Shown here piece by piece: positions 29,055 through 39,730 of a stretch of DNA of 64,000 nt. Positions within the stretch are counted from its first letter, which is position 1. Each line of letters starts with the position of its first letter. The translations under genes were made by a program, and so were the position numbers. The notes under the pieces are model-generated. The model did no database searches. It worked only from the letters and a program-made list of their open reading frames with translations, and was not told the origin of the DNA. The DNA lies in IMG/VR virus record IMGVR_UViG_3300033183_000491, positions 124,001-188,000 of that record, one strand, 5' to 3'.

Positions 29055-32000
29055 TTAATTTGAGATTTTTTTCTTAATAACAGATTTTTCTTTTCTATCT
29101 AAGACATCGTCTGTTCTATATTTAATAATACTTCGATTATAATCTTGATATCTAAATTCTTCTGAAGATGAAAAAGGTAATCGACTATCACTATTTTTAT
29201 GAGTAAATTTATTTCTTTCAAGAATATGAGATTCATATACAAAATTAAACCCTAAATAATTTACTCTTGAAGGTATTGCTTCATATAACAAATCTTCTAA
29301 GACGTTATCAAAATATTTATATACTTGATATAACATATTAAAATTTATTTCTTCATCTGATTTTAATCTCTCGAAATATTTATCTCTTAAAGATCTAAAG
29401 TCAAAATAATCTTGTTCATATAAATAAGTTGATTTTGATAAAACATCTGTGAAATATTCGTTGATAGATAGTAATTTAGATATATCTTTATTTAAAAAAT
29501 TAACTGCGGAAAAATCTATGTAAAGTCTTTGATCATCATGATACAAATATTCAGGATGCAATTGTGTAGATTCACTTAAATTATAATTCTTATATTGATC
29601 TTTAAAATAATTTTCATCAAAAGAATTAATGTAAACCTTGTTTGAATTAGATAAAGTATCTATTTCATTGTTCTGTTCTAAAAGAATAAATTTGTCCTTT
29701 GATAACACTCTATCAGAGTTGATACTATTACCAGTATACAAATTATCTCCGATATAAATAAATGGAGATCCATCACTTGATGTAAACAAATTGTCTGTGG
29801 AAAAATTATTTAAATATATAAAATTATTATTAATATTTAACAATTCGTCAAATTTTTCTGTCATGTCAACGTTTAATATTAGTCCTTCTGACGGATTATA
29901 AATATTACCAGAATCTTTTGATGTAATATTACTTCCAATAAAATCAATGTCTTTTGATTTAATTCTTATAATTTCATCTTCAATGTATTTTGAATATATT
30001 CTTTGTTTTGTTATTCTTCCTTCAAAATTACCTTCAATATTATCTGAATCGTAATTATAGTCTCCAATATTAAAACTCATAATCTCACGAGATAAATATG
30101 GATAATTGTCTAATTCAATACTTAATCCAAATGACTTAACATATGATAAACTTCCTGAGGGAGTTATTAATAAATGGTATTCGTATTTATTTCTTGATAT
30201 ATTGAATCTTTTTCTTAGAACTAAATGGTATAAGACTCCATTTAATAAATTTATATTATTTAATGATTCTTCATGCGTTGAAGTTCCATCTGACAATGAT
30301 AACGTTAAAGTACCATTATCGATAAAATTGTTTAGTCTCTCAAATTTAACGTTAATAAAATTAGATTTTATATTATTGTTTTCTAAATCTACTTTTAATA
30401 ATGTTTGGATATTATTGTATTTTTTTATTTTGTTCTTGTCAAATTGTATATAAGATTCATATGTCCAATCAATTCCAACATTGTTTATTTTACGTTGGAT
30501 ATTGTCTGATGATAAAAATATCCGATTATTATAAAAACGATCTTCTTGACTTGTTAAAGTCTTATCTTCAAATATTTTTTCATGTTTATTAAAATCAACA
30601 AACTTTAAGTCTTTTGTCCTGGAAACGAATTGATTTGTTATATTAAATCTATTCTGTCCTGTAATTTCTTTGATAGAAATAAATTTATCTGCTTCTAGTC
30701 CGAAAGAATTAAAAACTGATCTAATACTCCTAGAAGTCCCTTTAGACATTAAATAATCTTTGGAATTTAAAATAAATCTTTTCCATAGAATATTTTGAAT
30801 CTGTCTAATACTAGTGTCTGATAATATTTCTTCGTGAGTTAAATTTTTATTGTTTAACTTTTCTTCAATAGGAAAGTGGTACATCTCTCTAAATTTAAAT
30901 CCCATTTGATTTAAAGTTAAAGGTAATATAATACCATCAATTTTTTTATTCGTATTAACAGAATCATAGCTAAAATCTAACATTTCAGTAAAGCTGTCAA
31001 TATACATCTTAATTTGATCAAAAAATCTTGCCCATATTGATATTAACTTAATAATTTCTTGATTTATAGATTTTTCTGTTCCGAAAACATTTTCTGATTT
31101 TTTAGTTTTAGTACTAACATATATTTCTTCTATATTATCATAATCTGAGCCTTCAAGAAATATATTTTTAGGAAAAAGTTTCCAGAAAGAATTTGGATTT
31201 TCTAAATCATATTCGCTAGCAAGATTTAGCAAATTATTTTTTTGTGTTTGAGACATCGAAGAAAATAAAACAGGATTTAGATTAATATTTTCATATTTTA
31301 AAGGAGTGTCATTGTTGTTATAGTTTCTAGTAAAAGAAGTAAAATCTTCTAAAGTAAAAATTCTATTGTTTTCAACGTCTAAAACTTCATGAATTAACCC
31401 GTGAAGTTTATTACCTGAATAATCAATTATCAGATTATTATTTGGATAATTTCCACCGGGTTCATTAAATTTATAATATAATACTAAATCAGAAGTTGAA
31501 TAAGAGTTTTCATCTTTAAATTTTAAAATATCATTATATTCTCTTTTATCACCTATAAAAATTTTTAAATCATCTAAAAATCCATAAAATCCTGTCTCGA
31601 AATTTTTTTGTTCATTATTAACGGTTACAGAAATATCTTTAGAAGATCCAATATACAAGCCAGATGTCTTAAAATTTTCATTATTAAAATCAAGACTAAA
31701 ATTTCTTATATCACCATTAATATCTTCATTATTAATATAAGAAATCTTTCTCCCATTCAGATAAAAATTATATACTTTTTCTATATCATTATCTACTAAT
31801 AGATTATTAGTTATTTCAAAAAATACATGTTGAAATGTATCTTCTTCGATTTCGTATGACATTTTAAAAAAACTATTATTTTCTTCAAAATAAAAATGTA
31901 ATTTACATGGATTCCTTGTTAATGTAATAAAAAATCCATATGAATCACTGTGTTTTTGAAGAATACATTCTTCATTAGAGATGGTTAAACTGCTAGAATC

Positions 32001-32546
32001 TTTAGGTTTAATCCAAAAATCAAAAGAAATAGATTTACCATTAGGATTAAAATTATCTAATATTTTATTTCCTGTATAATCTTTAAGGATACTTCCACGT
32101 GCATCTTTTATTACAACAGCTGTGTTTCCATTAAATTCTAAATAATTTAAAGATTTTTCTACTTTGTTGTCAAGAATATATTTTGTAAATCCATCTAGTT
32201 TTTTTAGATATTGATCAATTTTATATTTTGAACTATCATATGGAAATTCGTTTATAGATTTATCAAATGCATAGTTGACTTTTTCTACAGCTGAGTCAAA
32301 AAAGACATGATTAGAAAAGTCTTCATAATCAATACTTTCAATCTGTTGAGTACTTATAAAACCATCGTATCCATCAATTCTTTCAAAAAAGTCTGTTTCA
32401 TTACTTAAATACAAATCTAAGAATGATTTAAAGTCTGAGTTTTCAAGAGACTTTTTAGAAGTCACATACTTGTTGTGAGATTTTCTTTTGTTTGTATTTT
32501 GTATAGTATTAGCAAAATCTTTTTTAAGAGAAACTATGTTTGACAT
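29055..32546 (-). CDS. Baseplate wedge-like protein (gp7/P2 gpI-like core) with two LamG-like domains
   Basis: LWKRFILNSKDYLMSKGTSRSIRSVFNSFG resembles the K-GT-x2-I wedge motif; LamG-like strands ISFDFWIKP, FQHVF, FYLNG, GFLDDLKIF and WTYESYI, YHLVL, FEGRITKQRIY. Confidence 0.6.
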   Translation of the reverse strand: MSNIVSLKKDFANTIQNTNKRKSHNKYVTSKKSLENSDFKSFLDLYLSNETDFFERIDGYDGFISTQQIESIDYEDFSNHVFFDSAVEKVNYAFDKSINEFPYDSSKYKIDQYLKKLDGFTKYILDNKVEKSLNYLEFNGNTAVVIKDARGSILKDYTGNKILDNFNPNGKSISFDFWIKPKDSSSLTISNEECILQKHSDSYGFFITLTRNPCKLHFYFEENNSFFKMSYEIEEDTFQHVFFEITNNLLVDNDIEKVYNFYLNGRKISYINNEDINGDIRNFSLDFNNENFKTSGLYIGSSKDISVTVNNEQKNFETGFYGFLDDLKIFIGDKREYNDILKFKDENSYSTSDLVLYYKFNEPGGNYPNNNLIIDYSGNKLHGLIHEVLDVENNRIFTLEDFTSFTRNYNNNDTPLKYENINLNPVLFSSMSQTQKNNLLNLASEYDLENPNSFWKLFPKNIFLEGSDYDNIEEIYVSTKTKKSENVFGTEKSINQEIIKLISIWARFFDQIKMYIDSFTEMLDFSYDSVNTNKKIDGIILPLTLNQMGFKFREMYHFPIEEKLNNKNLTHEEILSDTSIRQIQNILWKRFILNSKDYLMSKGTSRSIRSVFNSFGLEADKFISIKEITGQNRFNITNQFVSRTKDLKFVDFNKHEKIFEDKTLTSQEDRFYNNRIFLSSDNIQRKINNVGIDWTYESYIQFDKNKIKKYNNIQTLLKVDLENNNIKSNFINVKFERLNNFIDNGTLTLSLSDGTSTHEESLNNINLLNGVLYHLVLRKRFNISRNKYEYHLLITPSGSLSYVKSFGLSIELDNYPYLSREIMSFNIGDYNYDSDNIEGNFEGRITKQRIYSKYIEDEIIRIKSKDIDFIGSNITSKDSGNIYNPSEGLILNVDMTEKFDELLNINNNFIYLNNFSTDNLFTSSDGSPFIYIGDNLYTGNSINSDRVLSKDKFILLEQNNEIDTLSNSNKVYINSFDENYFKDQYKNYNLSESTQLHPEYLYHDDQRLYIDFSAVNFLNKDISKLLSINEYFTDVLSKSTYLYEQDYFDFRSLRDKYFERLKSDEEINFNMLYQVYKYFDNVLEDLLYEAIPSRVNYLGFNFVYESHILERNKFTHKNSDSRLPFSSSEEFRYQDYNRSIIKYRTDDVLDRKEKSVIKKKISN

Positions 32547-34390
32547 TATATAAACCTTAGAATCGTATTGTCATTTAAAACTTTTTTATATAATCCTGTT
32601 AAAGGATCTACAAATTTAAAAATAAAATTAACTCTCTTGTTTTTAAAATTCTCTGAAGAGAATAAATTCATATTATAATGTCGTCCATTAAAGTTTAATT
32701 GTGTAAAGTAACCATCTTCTTTAATAAGAGTTACTCCAGAATCAACATCGTACATTTCATATGTAATATCGCCAAGATCTTCTGAATAAAGCTTGGTAGG
32801 AACATTTACTGACTTGTATTGTTTGTTTATGTCAATAAAACTTATTTTTAAGTTTGTAAAAGTATTATTTGCTTTTAAATCCTTTTGAAGTAAATCTATT
32901 GATACTCTAATATTTCTGTCTCCAAAAGATATTTCTTCTTCACTAGATTCAGGAAGATAAAACTTTTCTTTGTCTTTTTTAATTACAGATTGATTTCCGT
33001 CACCGTCTTCATAAAAATATTCTAGTTCTATATTTGCATAACCGTAATTAGAAATTTGTGAATTAAAAATAGAATCATTACTCAATTGACTAATACTAGT
33101 ATCAGACAAAATAAACTTTCTAATACCAATAATTTCTTCGCCTTTATAATTGTATATTGTACTTCCTGTAATTTCTATGTCTGAAAGGATGTTTGTATCA
33201 TCGTCACCAATAAAATTAAATCTTAGTTTAACATCGCTGTTTTCAATAAAATTAGAAGTTTTATTTCCTTTAATGTTCAAGCAGAAAAAAGTTTCTTCAT
33301 TATCAAAATATCTTTTTTTACCTGTTAAAATATTTTCAATTTCTCTATCATCTATCTTTAATATTAGTTGTGGAACAAACTGTTTATTTTTTAGATTTCT
33401 GCTTCCAAACCTTTTAACAAAGTATGTGTTGCTATCAAAGAGATATTCTAAGGGAAAGTGTATTACAAAGTTATTTTTATCGAAACTAGCTGTTTCTTTA
33501 AAAAACTCATGAATGTAGTTAGTAATATCAAAGTTTAAATCTTCTTTTCCTGTGTCTATATCATTATTAGAAAACTGAGAATTGACATTTTCAAACAAAT
33601 CGCTTCCAGAAACTATTCCGGGATTATTCCAAGAAATATTATTTGTACTATCAAGAACACTAAAGTTTGCATCGTCTATATCTGAAAAGTGGACGACATC
33701 TTTACCAAGGCCTTCTTTAAAATCATTGTTTAAAACACTTAACCCTAAAGAAAAGTTTTTAGGTCTTGTTGAAGATTGGCCAACATCTATTAGTTTAATA
33801 AAAGCAGAAAATTTTGTAGTATTACTAAATACTGAATTTGCTATTTTTGTAATATCAGGTAAATGTGTATTTTTTAATTCATTTAAATCAAAGCTTAATA
33901 ATCCTGCAGAATGTTCAAATCTTATAAAATTGTATTTTCCTAGATTAACCCCAGAAACTGTTATTTCTGTGTCTCCAGATTCACCAGATTTGTCTTGTTT
34001 TAAAAGAATTGAATTATCATATAGTTTACTGGAAGTTATTCCAAAGTTATTAACTGCATTGATTACGTTGATTGTATTTGTAACTGTATCATCAATCGTT
34101 AATCCTATATTTATTAATATATTATCTCCTACAACTAATGCATCATTATCAAATTCAAAAGTCTTAGATGTTCCAGAAGAATCGATTAGACTAAAAGTAT
34201 CTCCGTCATTAGGTTGTAATGAAGATTTAAATTCCAAAAGACCTCTTGCGTTTGTCTTTTTATTTTCTCCTGATATTTTAAATAGATCTATAGTTGAACT
34301 TTGACCAACATTTGAATAAAGTCCATCATTACTATAAGTCTTAATATCAGTAACGTAAGTATCTTTAACTGGATTTTGTATAATTATCAT
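32546..34390 (-). CDS. Baseplate-associated protein with DNRLRE-like beta-sandwich motifs
   Basis: PVKDTYV...RGLLEF / LLSFDL...LILK pattern; lies immediately after the gp6-like gene (TAA-ATG abutting). Confidence 0.5.
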   Translation of the reverse strand: MIIIQNPVKDTYVTDIKTYSNDGLYSNVGQSSTIDLFKISGENKKTNARGLLEFKSSLQPNDGDTFSLIDSSGTSKTFEFDNDALVVGDNILINIGLTIDDTVTNTINVINAVNNFGITSSKLYDNSILLKQDKSGESGDTEITVSGVNLGKYNFIRFEHSAGLLSFDLNELKNTHLPDITKIANSVFSNTTKFSAFIKLIDVGQSSTRPKNFSLGLSVLNNDFKEGLGKDVVHFSDIDDANFSVLDSTNNISWNNPGIVSGSDLFENVNSQFSNNDIDTGKEDLNFDITNYIHEFFKETASFDKNNFVIHFPLEYLFDSNTYFVKRFGSRNLKNKQFVPQLILKIDDREIENILTGKKRYFDNEETFFCLNIKGNKTSNFIENSDVKLRFNFIGDDDTNILSDIEITGSTIYNYKGEEIIGIRKFILSDTSISQLSNDSIFNSQISNYGYANIELEYFYEDGDGNQSVIKKDKEKFYLPESSEEEISFGDRNIRVSIDLLQKDLKANNTFTNLKISFIDINKQYKSVNVPTKLYSEDLGDITYEMYDVDSGVTLIKEDGYFTQLNFNGRHYNMNLFSSENFKNKRVNFIFKFVDPLTGLYKKVLNDNTILRFI

Positions 34391-36235
34391 TTAACCACTC
34401 ACAATCTCAATGTCACTCGCGTATTTTAATTGAAATATTCCGCCTTTAGGTGGAGTTATAATACCTTCATCATATCGGTCAAATACAGAGAATGAGTTAT
34501 TATTATAGAACCTATTAGTATTATTCAAATTAATTCTACTAAGATTTTCATTTGTTATTGATCTAACAATTGTTTTAAAGTTAGAAGAAATTGTTAAAAC
34601 TCCCGGTGTGTCTAATGCAATTTTAACAATTTTATTTACGTTTATTGGCTCACCAATTTGAAGTTTTTCGAATCTCATTAATGTAAATATTTTTGTCTGA
34701 ACTTCAGAAACGACATCTTTTTGATCGTAATTAGACGATATTTTAATTTTTAAGTAAACAGAAATATTAAATACATCTGCATCAATAATATTATATGTGT
34801 CACCAATTAACCTATATTCATTTAAAAACTTTGATAAATTATATTTTAAAGCATCGTTTGCTTTTACATAATAGCCTTCGTCATTACTACAAACAATATA
34901 TAAATCTTTTGCAGATTTTGAATAAGGATTATCTAAAATTGCTACTTTTTTTACTCTTCCAAAGTCTGAAGGCATGCTGTATATTCTTGCTAACAAATCT
35001 TCGTGTGTAACAATTCGTGATTGGGATTTCATTGAAGAGCTAATATGGTCTTTTAAGTCTTCAAGAGATAAAGCATTTGTTCCACCTACAGCTTCTCTTT
35101 CATTTTCAACAGAAACAGAGTTTATAATAAAGTCTGTGTTGAATCCTTCTTGTTCAAGATTCGGGAAGTTATAGATTAGATTATCAATTGAATTAATACT
35201 TCTAGCTTGAACGTTATGATCTTCTCCACCCCCAAATTTATATTTTACATTTAAAACCTTACCAGCAGGTGAAACACCTAAGCTGCTACTTCCTAAAAGT
35301 TTTTTAGGGTCCAAAGAAAAGTTATTTATATAATCTCGGGAAAGTAATGGTAGAGAAAGTTCCTCTGGGTTTGTTAAAATTCCGTCTTCAATAATCTTGT
35401 TTGATCCACTATTACCAAATCTTAATGAAGTCAAGCCATTTTCGAAGTCTCTTTCAATAGTATACTTGAAAGATGCAGGAACAATATTAATAAAACTTGA
35501 ATCTCCTATTTGCGTTTTTTCGTATATAGTATCTTGTGACAAGAATTCAACTTCTTTGTATTCATTCAAATCCGAGGAATTGTCTACTACTTTTAGAATT
35601 TTTGTAACATTATCGTTGTTTAATGTAAAAGTTAAAAATTCTCCTTCGCTATTTTCATTAAAAGCAAAAGATTCATTTGTTATCTGTCCTGACGTGCATA
35701 TTCCACTTTTTCTAAGCAAAAGATATCTATTTCCTCCAGAATCAACGTCTCTTAAAATCTCTGGATTTTTTGAAAAATCAACGTCTTCTTCTAAAATAAA
35801 AGTTATGTCTCCAATAGAACTTAATTGTGTTTCTCTTTTGAAGACAGGGCAATAACTAATATCAGGATCATCAGTATTATTAACAGCAGGTACTAAAACA
35901 TAGAAATATACTTCAACACTAGATGGTGAAGCGAGACCTGATGTAACATTAGCTTTTCTTAAATGATTTAGAATACTATATTCTGAAGATGCTGTTTCAT
36001 AATCTAATTCATTAATTTGTTGATCAATATAATATGTTAAAGATTCACCAACAATTGCAGCAAAATCTAATAACATTCCTCCGAGAGAAGCCTCAGAAAA
36101 ATCAGAGATCTTGTCAGGAAAGTTGCTCTTAGCATAATCTAAAAGCTCACTTTTAAACTCTTCTTTATTTTTGTTAATTAATCTTTTTCTATTAAAGTAA
36201 TTTTTTTCTTTATTTAAGATACTTACGTTTGCCAA
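34391..36235 (-). CDS. gp6: Baseplate wedge protein, T4 gp6/baseplate J-like (TTG start)
   Basis: SDFSEASLGGMLLDFAAIVGESLTYYIDQQINE, LRFGN, YKFGGG, AVGGTN, SRIVTHEDL; SD GAGG before TTG; follows the gp25-like gene. Confidence 0.88.
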   Translation of the reverse strand: MANVSILNKEKNYFNRKRLINKNKEEFKSELLDYAKSNFPDKISDFSEASLGGMLLDFAAIVGESLTYYIDQQINELDYETASSEYSILNHLRKANVTSGLASPSSVEVYFYVLVPAVNNTDDPDISYCPVFKRETQLSSIGDITFILEEDVDFSKNPEILRDVDSGGNRYLLLRKSGICTSGQITNESFAFNENSEGEFLTFTLNNDNVTKILKVVDNSSDLNEYKEVEFLSQDTIYEKTQIGDSSFINIVPASFKYTIERDFENGLTSLRFGNSGSNKIIEDGILTNPEELSLPLLSRDYINNFSLDPKKLLGSSSLGVSPAGKVLNVKYKFGGGEDHNVQARSINSIDNLIYNFPNLEQEGFNTDFIINSVSVENEREAVGGTNALSLEDLKDHISSSMKSQSRIVTHEDLLARIYSMPSDFGRVKKVAILDNPYSKSAKDLYIVCSNDEGYYVKANDALKYNLSKFLNEYRLIGDTYNIIDADVFNISVYLKIKISSNYDQKDVVSEVQTKIFTLMRFEKLQIGEPINVNKIVKIALDTPGVLTISSNFKTIVRSITNENLSRINLNNTNRFYNNNSFSVFDRYDEGIITPPKGGIFQLKYASDIEIVSG

Positions 36236-36239
36236 TTTA

Positions 36240-36728
36240 TTACCTCGACGTTAATAATTTAATTATTAATACATTTTTTTCTTCAATAGAATCAATAGTA
36301 TAATTAATTTTTATTTCATAGTATTTTGGATTGTCGAATGATTCCGGAATTTCAACTGAAGTATAATTTACTAGATTAACAAAAGGCATATATGTACTGA
36401 CAGAATTTTGTATTTCTGACATTGCAATACTCTCAATGTTTTCTAGATCTGTTCTATTATATATGTCAATTAAATTTGTCCCAAAGTTAGGAGAACAGAG
36501 ATATTCTCCTTTTCTTGTCAAAATTAAATTTTTTAAATTATTTTTAACTTGATCTTCAATTGTATATGTCATCTCAAAAAGAGATTCATTACTTAATTTT
36601 TTAGGTGTTAAAGGTAATTTAATTCCTAAAGGTTGTTTGTTAGACTCAAGTATTTTATTTTTATACTTTTCTTTTTTAACAAAATCTTTTCTAAGTTTTC
36701 CTGTATTTTTAAATTTTATCTTTGACAT
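36240..36728 (-). CDS. gp25: Baseplate gp25/GPW-like protein
   Basis: DQVKNNLKNLILTRKGE...PNFGTNL...IQNSVSTYMP...IKINY is typical of the GPW_gp25 family. Confidence 0.88.
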   Translation of the reverse strand: MSKIKFKNTGKLRKDFVKKEKYKNKILESNKQPLGIKLPLTPKKLSNESLFEMTYTIEDQVKNNLKNLILTRKGEYLCSPNFGTNLIDIYNRTDLENIESIAMSEIQNSVSTYMPFVNLVNYTSVEIPESFDNPKYYEIKINYTIDSIEEKNVLIIKLLTSR

Positions 36729-36757
36729 TTAAAAACCTAAACTGAATTATCAAAATA

Positions 36758-36764
36758 TAATTAT
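36758..36764 (-). promoter_or_regulatory. Candidate late promoter ATAATTA within the palindrome ATATAATTATAT (36755-36766)
   Basis: 29 nt upstream of the gp25-like ATG at 36728. Confidence 0.55.
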
Positions 36765-36780
36765 ATGTTTTTAAAATAAG

Positions 36781-38613
36781 TCATGATGTTTTAGTAAACT
36801 TACTAAGTATTTTATTAAGATTATTTTCAATATTATTTAGTCTGTTTATAAGGTCTTCTTCGTTACTAGCCTTAAAATTATCAATTTGAGTCTGATATGC
36901 ATCAATTTTAATATTAGACATTTTAGATATAGATGTCGTATAAGTTTGGATTAAACTTGCAGATTGAGCTGAAATTGGAGTACCTGATAAACTTGATCCA
37001 AATGTGTTAATCCCGTTTAATAAATTATCTAATGTGTCTTTAGTAAATTTATCGATCTCTTTTGATTGCTTAAACAAGTCTTTTATTAAGATTAAACTTT
37101 CTTTTTGGATATTTAATATTTCTTTTAAAAATGCCTCTAATTGTTCACCTAAGACTAAACTTTGCATTTCTGATGAATATCCTAAATATAATGAAGCATT
37201 TACTCCATGACTATTTAAACTAGATCTAGAATAATCTCCAATAACAATTTTATCTGCGTTTATATGAATATTTCCACCTTCAGATAAAGATAAATAACTC
37301 GGGTTTTCTCCATTTGGGTTTATAAGAGTAACACTACCAGATGAATTTCTATGTGAACTTATTGTTATATTATCTGAAATTGCACTTATACTTGAAAGTA
37401 ATTCATTATTATGAGAGTTATTTGATGTATAATCTGGGATAAGAGTTATATAATTTTTATTTTTATTTTCGTTGATTGAAAAAGAATTTAATATTTGAGG
37501 TATATTAAACGATATATTCTTTTTAAGACTTACACTCTCTTCGCTTAAATCTGATATTACTAAAGACGATTTATTTTCTTTGATATCGTTAATTTTTTTA
37601 CTACTAAGTTTTTCTCTGATATCGCTCGATAAATTCTCATTGTTTATAAATTGATTTTTTGATTTAACTGTTTCGAAAAATAAACCATTGTTAATTTCTG
37701 GATTACATTCTTTATATAAACTTATAATTGAACCATCTTCATCTATAGAGTTATCTTTATTTATTAATTTTACTTTTCTTGAAGACTCAAAACTATTTTC
37801 TTTGTATTTTTCTTTAACACCTGATATTATTTGTATCTTTCCAGATTTGCTTTCGGTAAAATCAGTATTAGAATTTATATCTTTTTTGTTTTTTATAGTA
37901 TTAGAGCTCAAACTTAATAAAGTATTATATGTTCCTTGGAAAACAACATCTTCAGTATTTACCGAAAGATTACTTGATGGCTTGAGTTTTAGATTTTCAA
38001 GCTCTTTTTTATAGTACTGATTTGTCAATATTTCTTTAGATGTATCCGTAACAGGAAGAATATCTAACGAATATATTGCATCTTCTGTGTTACCAAAATA
38101 TTCATTTTCTAACTCTATTACCTCTAAAATTCCTACATCGCTGTTTTCATAGTCTTCGATATCATCTTCTTCACCTCTAAAAAATACTTTTTCTCTATCT
38201 GAAAAGCAATATGAAGTATCTTCAGTATTTAAAAAGCTGTGAACTCTTCCTAAATAATACCCATCGATGTTATAAGATTTTTCTATCGTGTTGTTTTGAG
38301 AATCAGAATTATATCTATAAAACCAGACTGTTTCTCCTACTTTTACTGGAAAGTTAACATGTGAAGATAAAAAAGGAATTGCAATATTAGTATATTTTCC
38401 TGAGATATTTTTTCCGGCTTTGAAGTTTTCATTTATACAAAAAACAGTCTTTTCTGGTAAAGAAGATATAAAATTTGTAAAAACTTTGTTGTTTAAATCT
38501 GACTTTTGGAAAAAGTAATTATATATGTTTTTTTCAATTAGGTCTTTTATAATACTTTTAGGATCATTAGAATTGTCTTTGATAATATATACAACTTTAG
38601 ATTGAACAAACAT
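36781..38613 (-). CDS. Putative baseplate central spike/hub protein (gp5/VgrG-like N-terminal OB fold)
   Basis: PFLSSHVNFPVKVGETVW...YYLGRV, EDVVFQGTYN, beta-repeat middle, SLVLGEQL followed by a coiled coil; directly upstream of gp25-gp6. Confidence 0.5.
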   Translation of the reverse strand: MFVQSKVVYIIKDNSNDPKSIIKDLIEKNIYNYFFQKSDLNNKVFTNFISSLPEKTVFCINENFKAGKNISGKYTNIAIPFLSSHVNFPVKVGETVWFYRYNSDSQNNTIEKSYNIDGYYLGRVHSFLNTEDTSYCFSDREKVFFRGEEDDIEDYENSDVGILEVIELENEYFGNTEDAIYSLDILPVTDTSKEILTNQYYKKELENLKLKPSSNLSVNTEDVVFQGTYNTLLSLSSNTIKNKKDINSNTDFTESKSGKIQIISGVKEKYKENSFESSRKVKLINKDNSIDEDGSIISLYKECNPEINNGLFFETVKSKNQFINNENLSSDIREKLSSKKINDIKENKSSLVISDLSEESVSLKKNISFNIPQILNSFSINENKNKNYITLIPDYTSNNSHNNELLSSISAISDNITISSHRNSSGSVTLINPNGENPSYLSLSEGGNIHINADKIVIGDYSRSSLNSHGVNASLYLGYSSEMQSLVLGEQLEAFLKEILNIQKESLILIKDLFKQSKEIDKFTKDTLDNLLNGINTFGSSLSGTPISAQSASLIQTYTTSISKMSNIKIDAYQTQIDNFKASNEEDLINRLNNIENNLNKILSKFTKTS

Positions 38614-38626
38614 ATTAAACCTTTTA

Positions 38627-39004
38627 TTAATTATTTATTTTATCAAATATATCATCAACAGAAATTTCAGCTGATTTTTCTTCTTCTTTTGAAATCAATT
38701 CAGCTAATTTTAATATTTGATCATTTGATTTACTCATTCTTTCAATATACTTCGATAAAATTGAACCAATATTCATATGCTCGTTAGTCCCACCAGACAT
38801 TGAAATATATGCATCATTAAATAATAACTTTGCTTTTTCTCTATCTTCGACAGAGTTTTCATATATTTCTTTCCAAAGCATTTTTTTCTTGTCTTCAAGT
38901 GTATCAAGATTTTCTAAAATATCAGAGAAGTTTTTAATTTTTTCTTCTTTTGATTCCATTTTGTCCATTTTGTTTGATATCGATTCAACTTGTTCTGGTT
39001 TCAT
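38627..39004 (-). CDS. All-helical protein, candidate small terminase (T4 gp16-like)
   Basis: MSKSNDQILKLAE resembles the recalled T4 gp16 helix MTTTNREILKLHK; size and helical pattern fit. Confidence 0.4.
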   Translation of the reverse strand: MKPEQVESISNKMDKMESKEEKIKNFSDILENLDTLEDKKKMLWKEIYENSVEDREKAKLLFNDAYISMSGGTNEHMNIGSILSKYIERMSKSNDQILKLAELISKEEEKSAEISVDDIFDKINN

Positions 39005-39013
39005 GTTATTCCT

Positions 39014-39718
39014 TTAAAATATGTCAAACATCTTATCTGGTCCAGCTACTTTTTTATAGTGCTTTCTTATTGAAGATAAAGAAGAACTTAGTTCTGAACT
39101 ATTTAGGCCAGAAATTTCTCTCAAATATACGAAAATAGCTCTTTTATTTAAATAGTCTAAATTATCTACATTAGTAAATATCTGTTGTATAGCTTTAATA
39201 CACCTTATATCTTTTTCATCTTTTAGTTGATCTTCGATATAAAGAAGCATTTCATCTATTACACTCGGTATATTTTCTTTTCTTTCTTTTTCATCGGGCG
39301 ATAATTCTATACTAGTCTCTGAAAGATATTTCTTGTCTGAAAATGATAAGTTTTCTGGAGCATTTAATGATACACTTCTATTCGCGTTTTTTGCTAATCG
39401 TCTAGAATTAATCGTTAACCAGTTTTTTGCGACAACATTAAAATAAGAAAAAGCTTTCGTACCATTTTCAGGATTCCACTTGTTAATTGTTTCAAATAAA
39501 AAGGTAGAACAATCGTTTTTTAAATGGCCAATATCTTCTATAGAAGCTTTAAATTTATAAACAGACACTAAACTGTGAACTAATTCATTAAAAGCTGGCA
39601 TTATATGATGTTCATATATTTTATCTTTTTCTTTTTTAGAATCAGTCTTTTGATAGAGAACTATTTTTTCTTGTGTCTCCATCGTGAAATATTGTTTTCT
39701 TTTTCTTTTTTTGGCCAA
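39014..39718 (-). CDS. gp55: Phage RNA polymerase sigma factor, T4 gp55-like (TTG start)
   Basis: YFT...QEKIV, PAFNELVHSLV..YKF, region-2-like KWNPENGTKAFSYFNVVAKNWL; C-terminal HTH-like segment; SD AAGGA before TTG. Confidence 0.75.
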   Translation of the reverse strand: MAKKRKRKQYFTMETQEKIVLYQKTDSKKEKDKIYEHHIMPAFNELVHSLVSVYKFKASIEDIGHLKNDCSTFLFETINKWNPENGTKAFSYFNVVAKNWLTINSRRLAKNANRSVSLNAPENLSFSDKKYLSETSIELSPDEKERKENIPSVIDEMLLYIEDQLKDEKDIRCIKAIQQIFTNVDNLDYLNKRAIFVYLREISGLNSSELSSSLSSIRKHYKKVAGPDKMFDIF

Positions 39719-39730
39719 TTTACTATTCCT

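Noticed and set aside
33582-34304. 240-aa plus-strand ORF, and the similar antisense ORFs 4884-5282, 33150-33512, 35397-35855, 44836-45477 and 51517-51867
   Set aside because: They lie wholly opposite well-supported genes, lack an SD or motifs, and have the S/L/F/I-rich composition expected of reverse-strand shadows
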